Of a stretch of DNA of 64,000 nt, positions 1-64,000 are shown piece after piece; position 1 is the first letter of the stretch, and each line of letters opens with the position of its first letter. The DNA comes from Hypanus sabinus. Lineage: Eukaryota. The translations under genes and the position numbers were made by a program. The stretch is from NCBI RefSeq assembly GCF_030144855.1, contig NC_082706.1:42532001-42596000 (forward strand), in the 5' to 3' direction. The notes below the pieces were generated by a model. The model had not been told where the DNA came from, made no database searches, and saw only the letters and a list, made by a program, of their open reading frames with translations.

Positions 1-271
1 ATTTTAGCTCGAAATAGTTGGAATTCCTCCTGATGCCGGACGCTCTCTTGGCGGAGAGTGATTGGGATTGAATGTTTGTGGTTCGATGTGGGGCAGTGCG
101 ATTCGTTTCAGGGCTGAATGATAAGGCAGTTGGGAGAGCGCGGGTCATGGGTTTAGTTTGGGGACTGACAGTGAAGTGGGAGGGAATGAGGCAGTGGGAT
201 GAGTTATGGGACTAATGCGGGGCTGTGTGATTTGTCGTGGAACTGATACAGTCCTGACGATTGTCTTGCAG

Positions 272-63900
<63,629 letters not shown>

Positions 63901-64000
63901 GTAATAGAGCAAGCTCTTCTTTCTGAATTACGGTAGTTTTGTTTGCTTTTGAACGGCTGATAAACTTACAATTATATTTATTTATTACAGCAAACACTGC

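Overview
Vertebrate genomic DNA; the repeat content (CR1/HER1-type LINEs, V-SINE-like and Penelope-like fragments) suggests a cartilaginous fish, which is an inference. The window lies inside one + strand, intron-rich alpha-tectorin/FCGBP-like gene. A 10-exon cassette (2,784 nt, 928 aa: NIDO - Cys-rich linker - VWD(GDPH) - C8 - TIL - Cys-rich linker - degenerate VWD - C8) has been tandemly amplified with its introns as near-identical segments of about 16.5-18.4 kb. These are unit A (partial, 1-10422), B (10423-28838), C (28839-45324) and D (45325-62638). All predicted junctions are phase-compatible, including C8 to the next NIDO. The 36 predicted exons read as one stop-free frame of about 3,380 aa. 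The array ends at about 62638 and is followed by a single-copy EGF-like exon (63781-63900) of the kind that precedes a ZP module. The result is a predicted giant multi-NIDO tectorin-like protein, (NIDO-VWD-C8-TIL-VWD-C8)n-EGF-[ZP?]. Start codon, signal peptide, ZP domain and stop codon are outside the window. Splice sites were called by eye with no transcript evidence; mobile-element boundaries are approximate.
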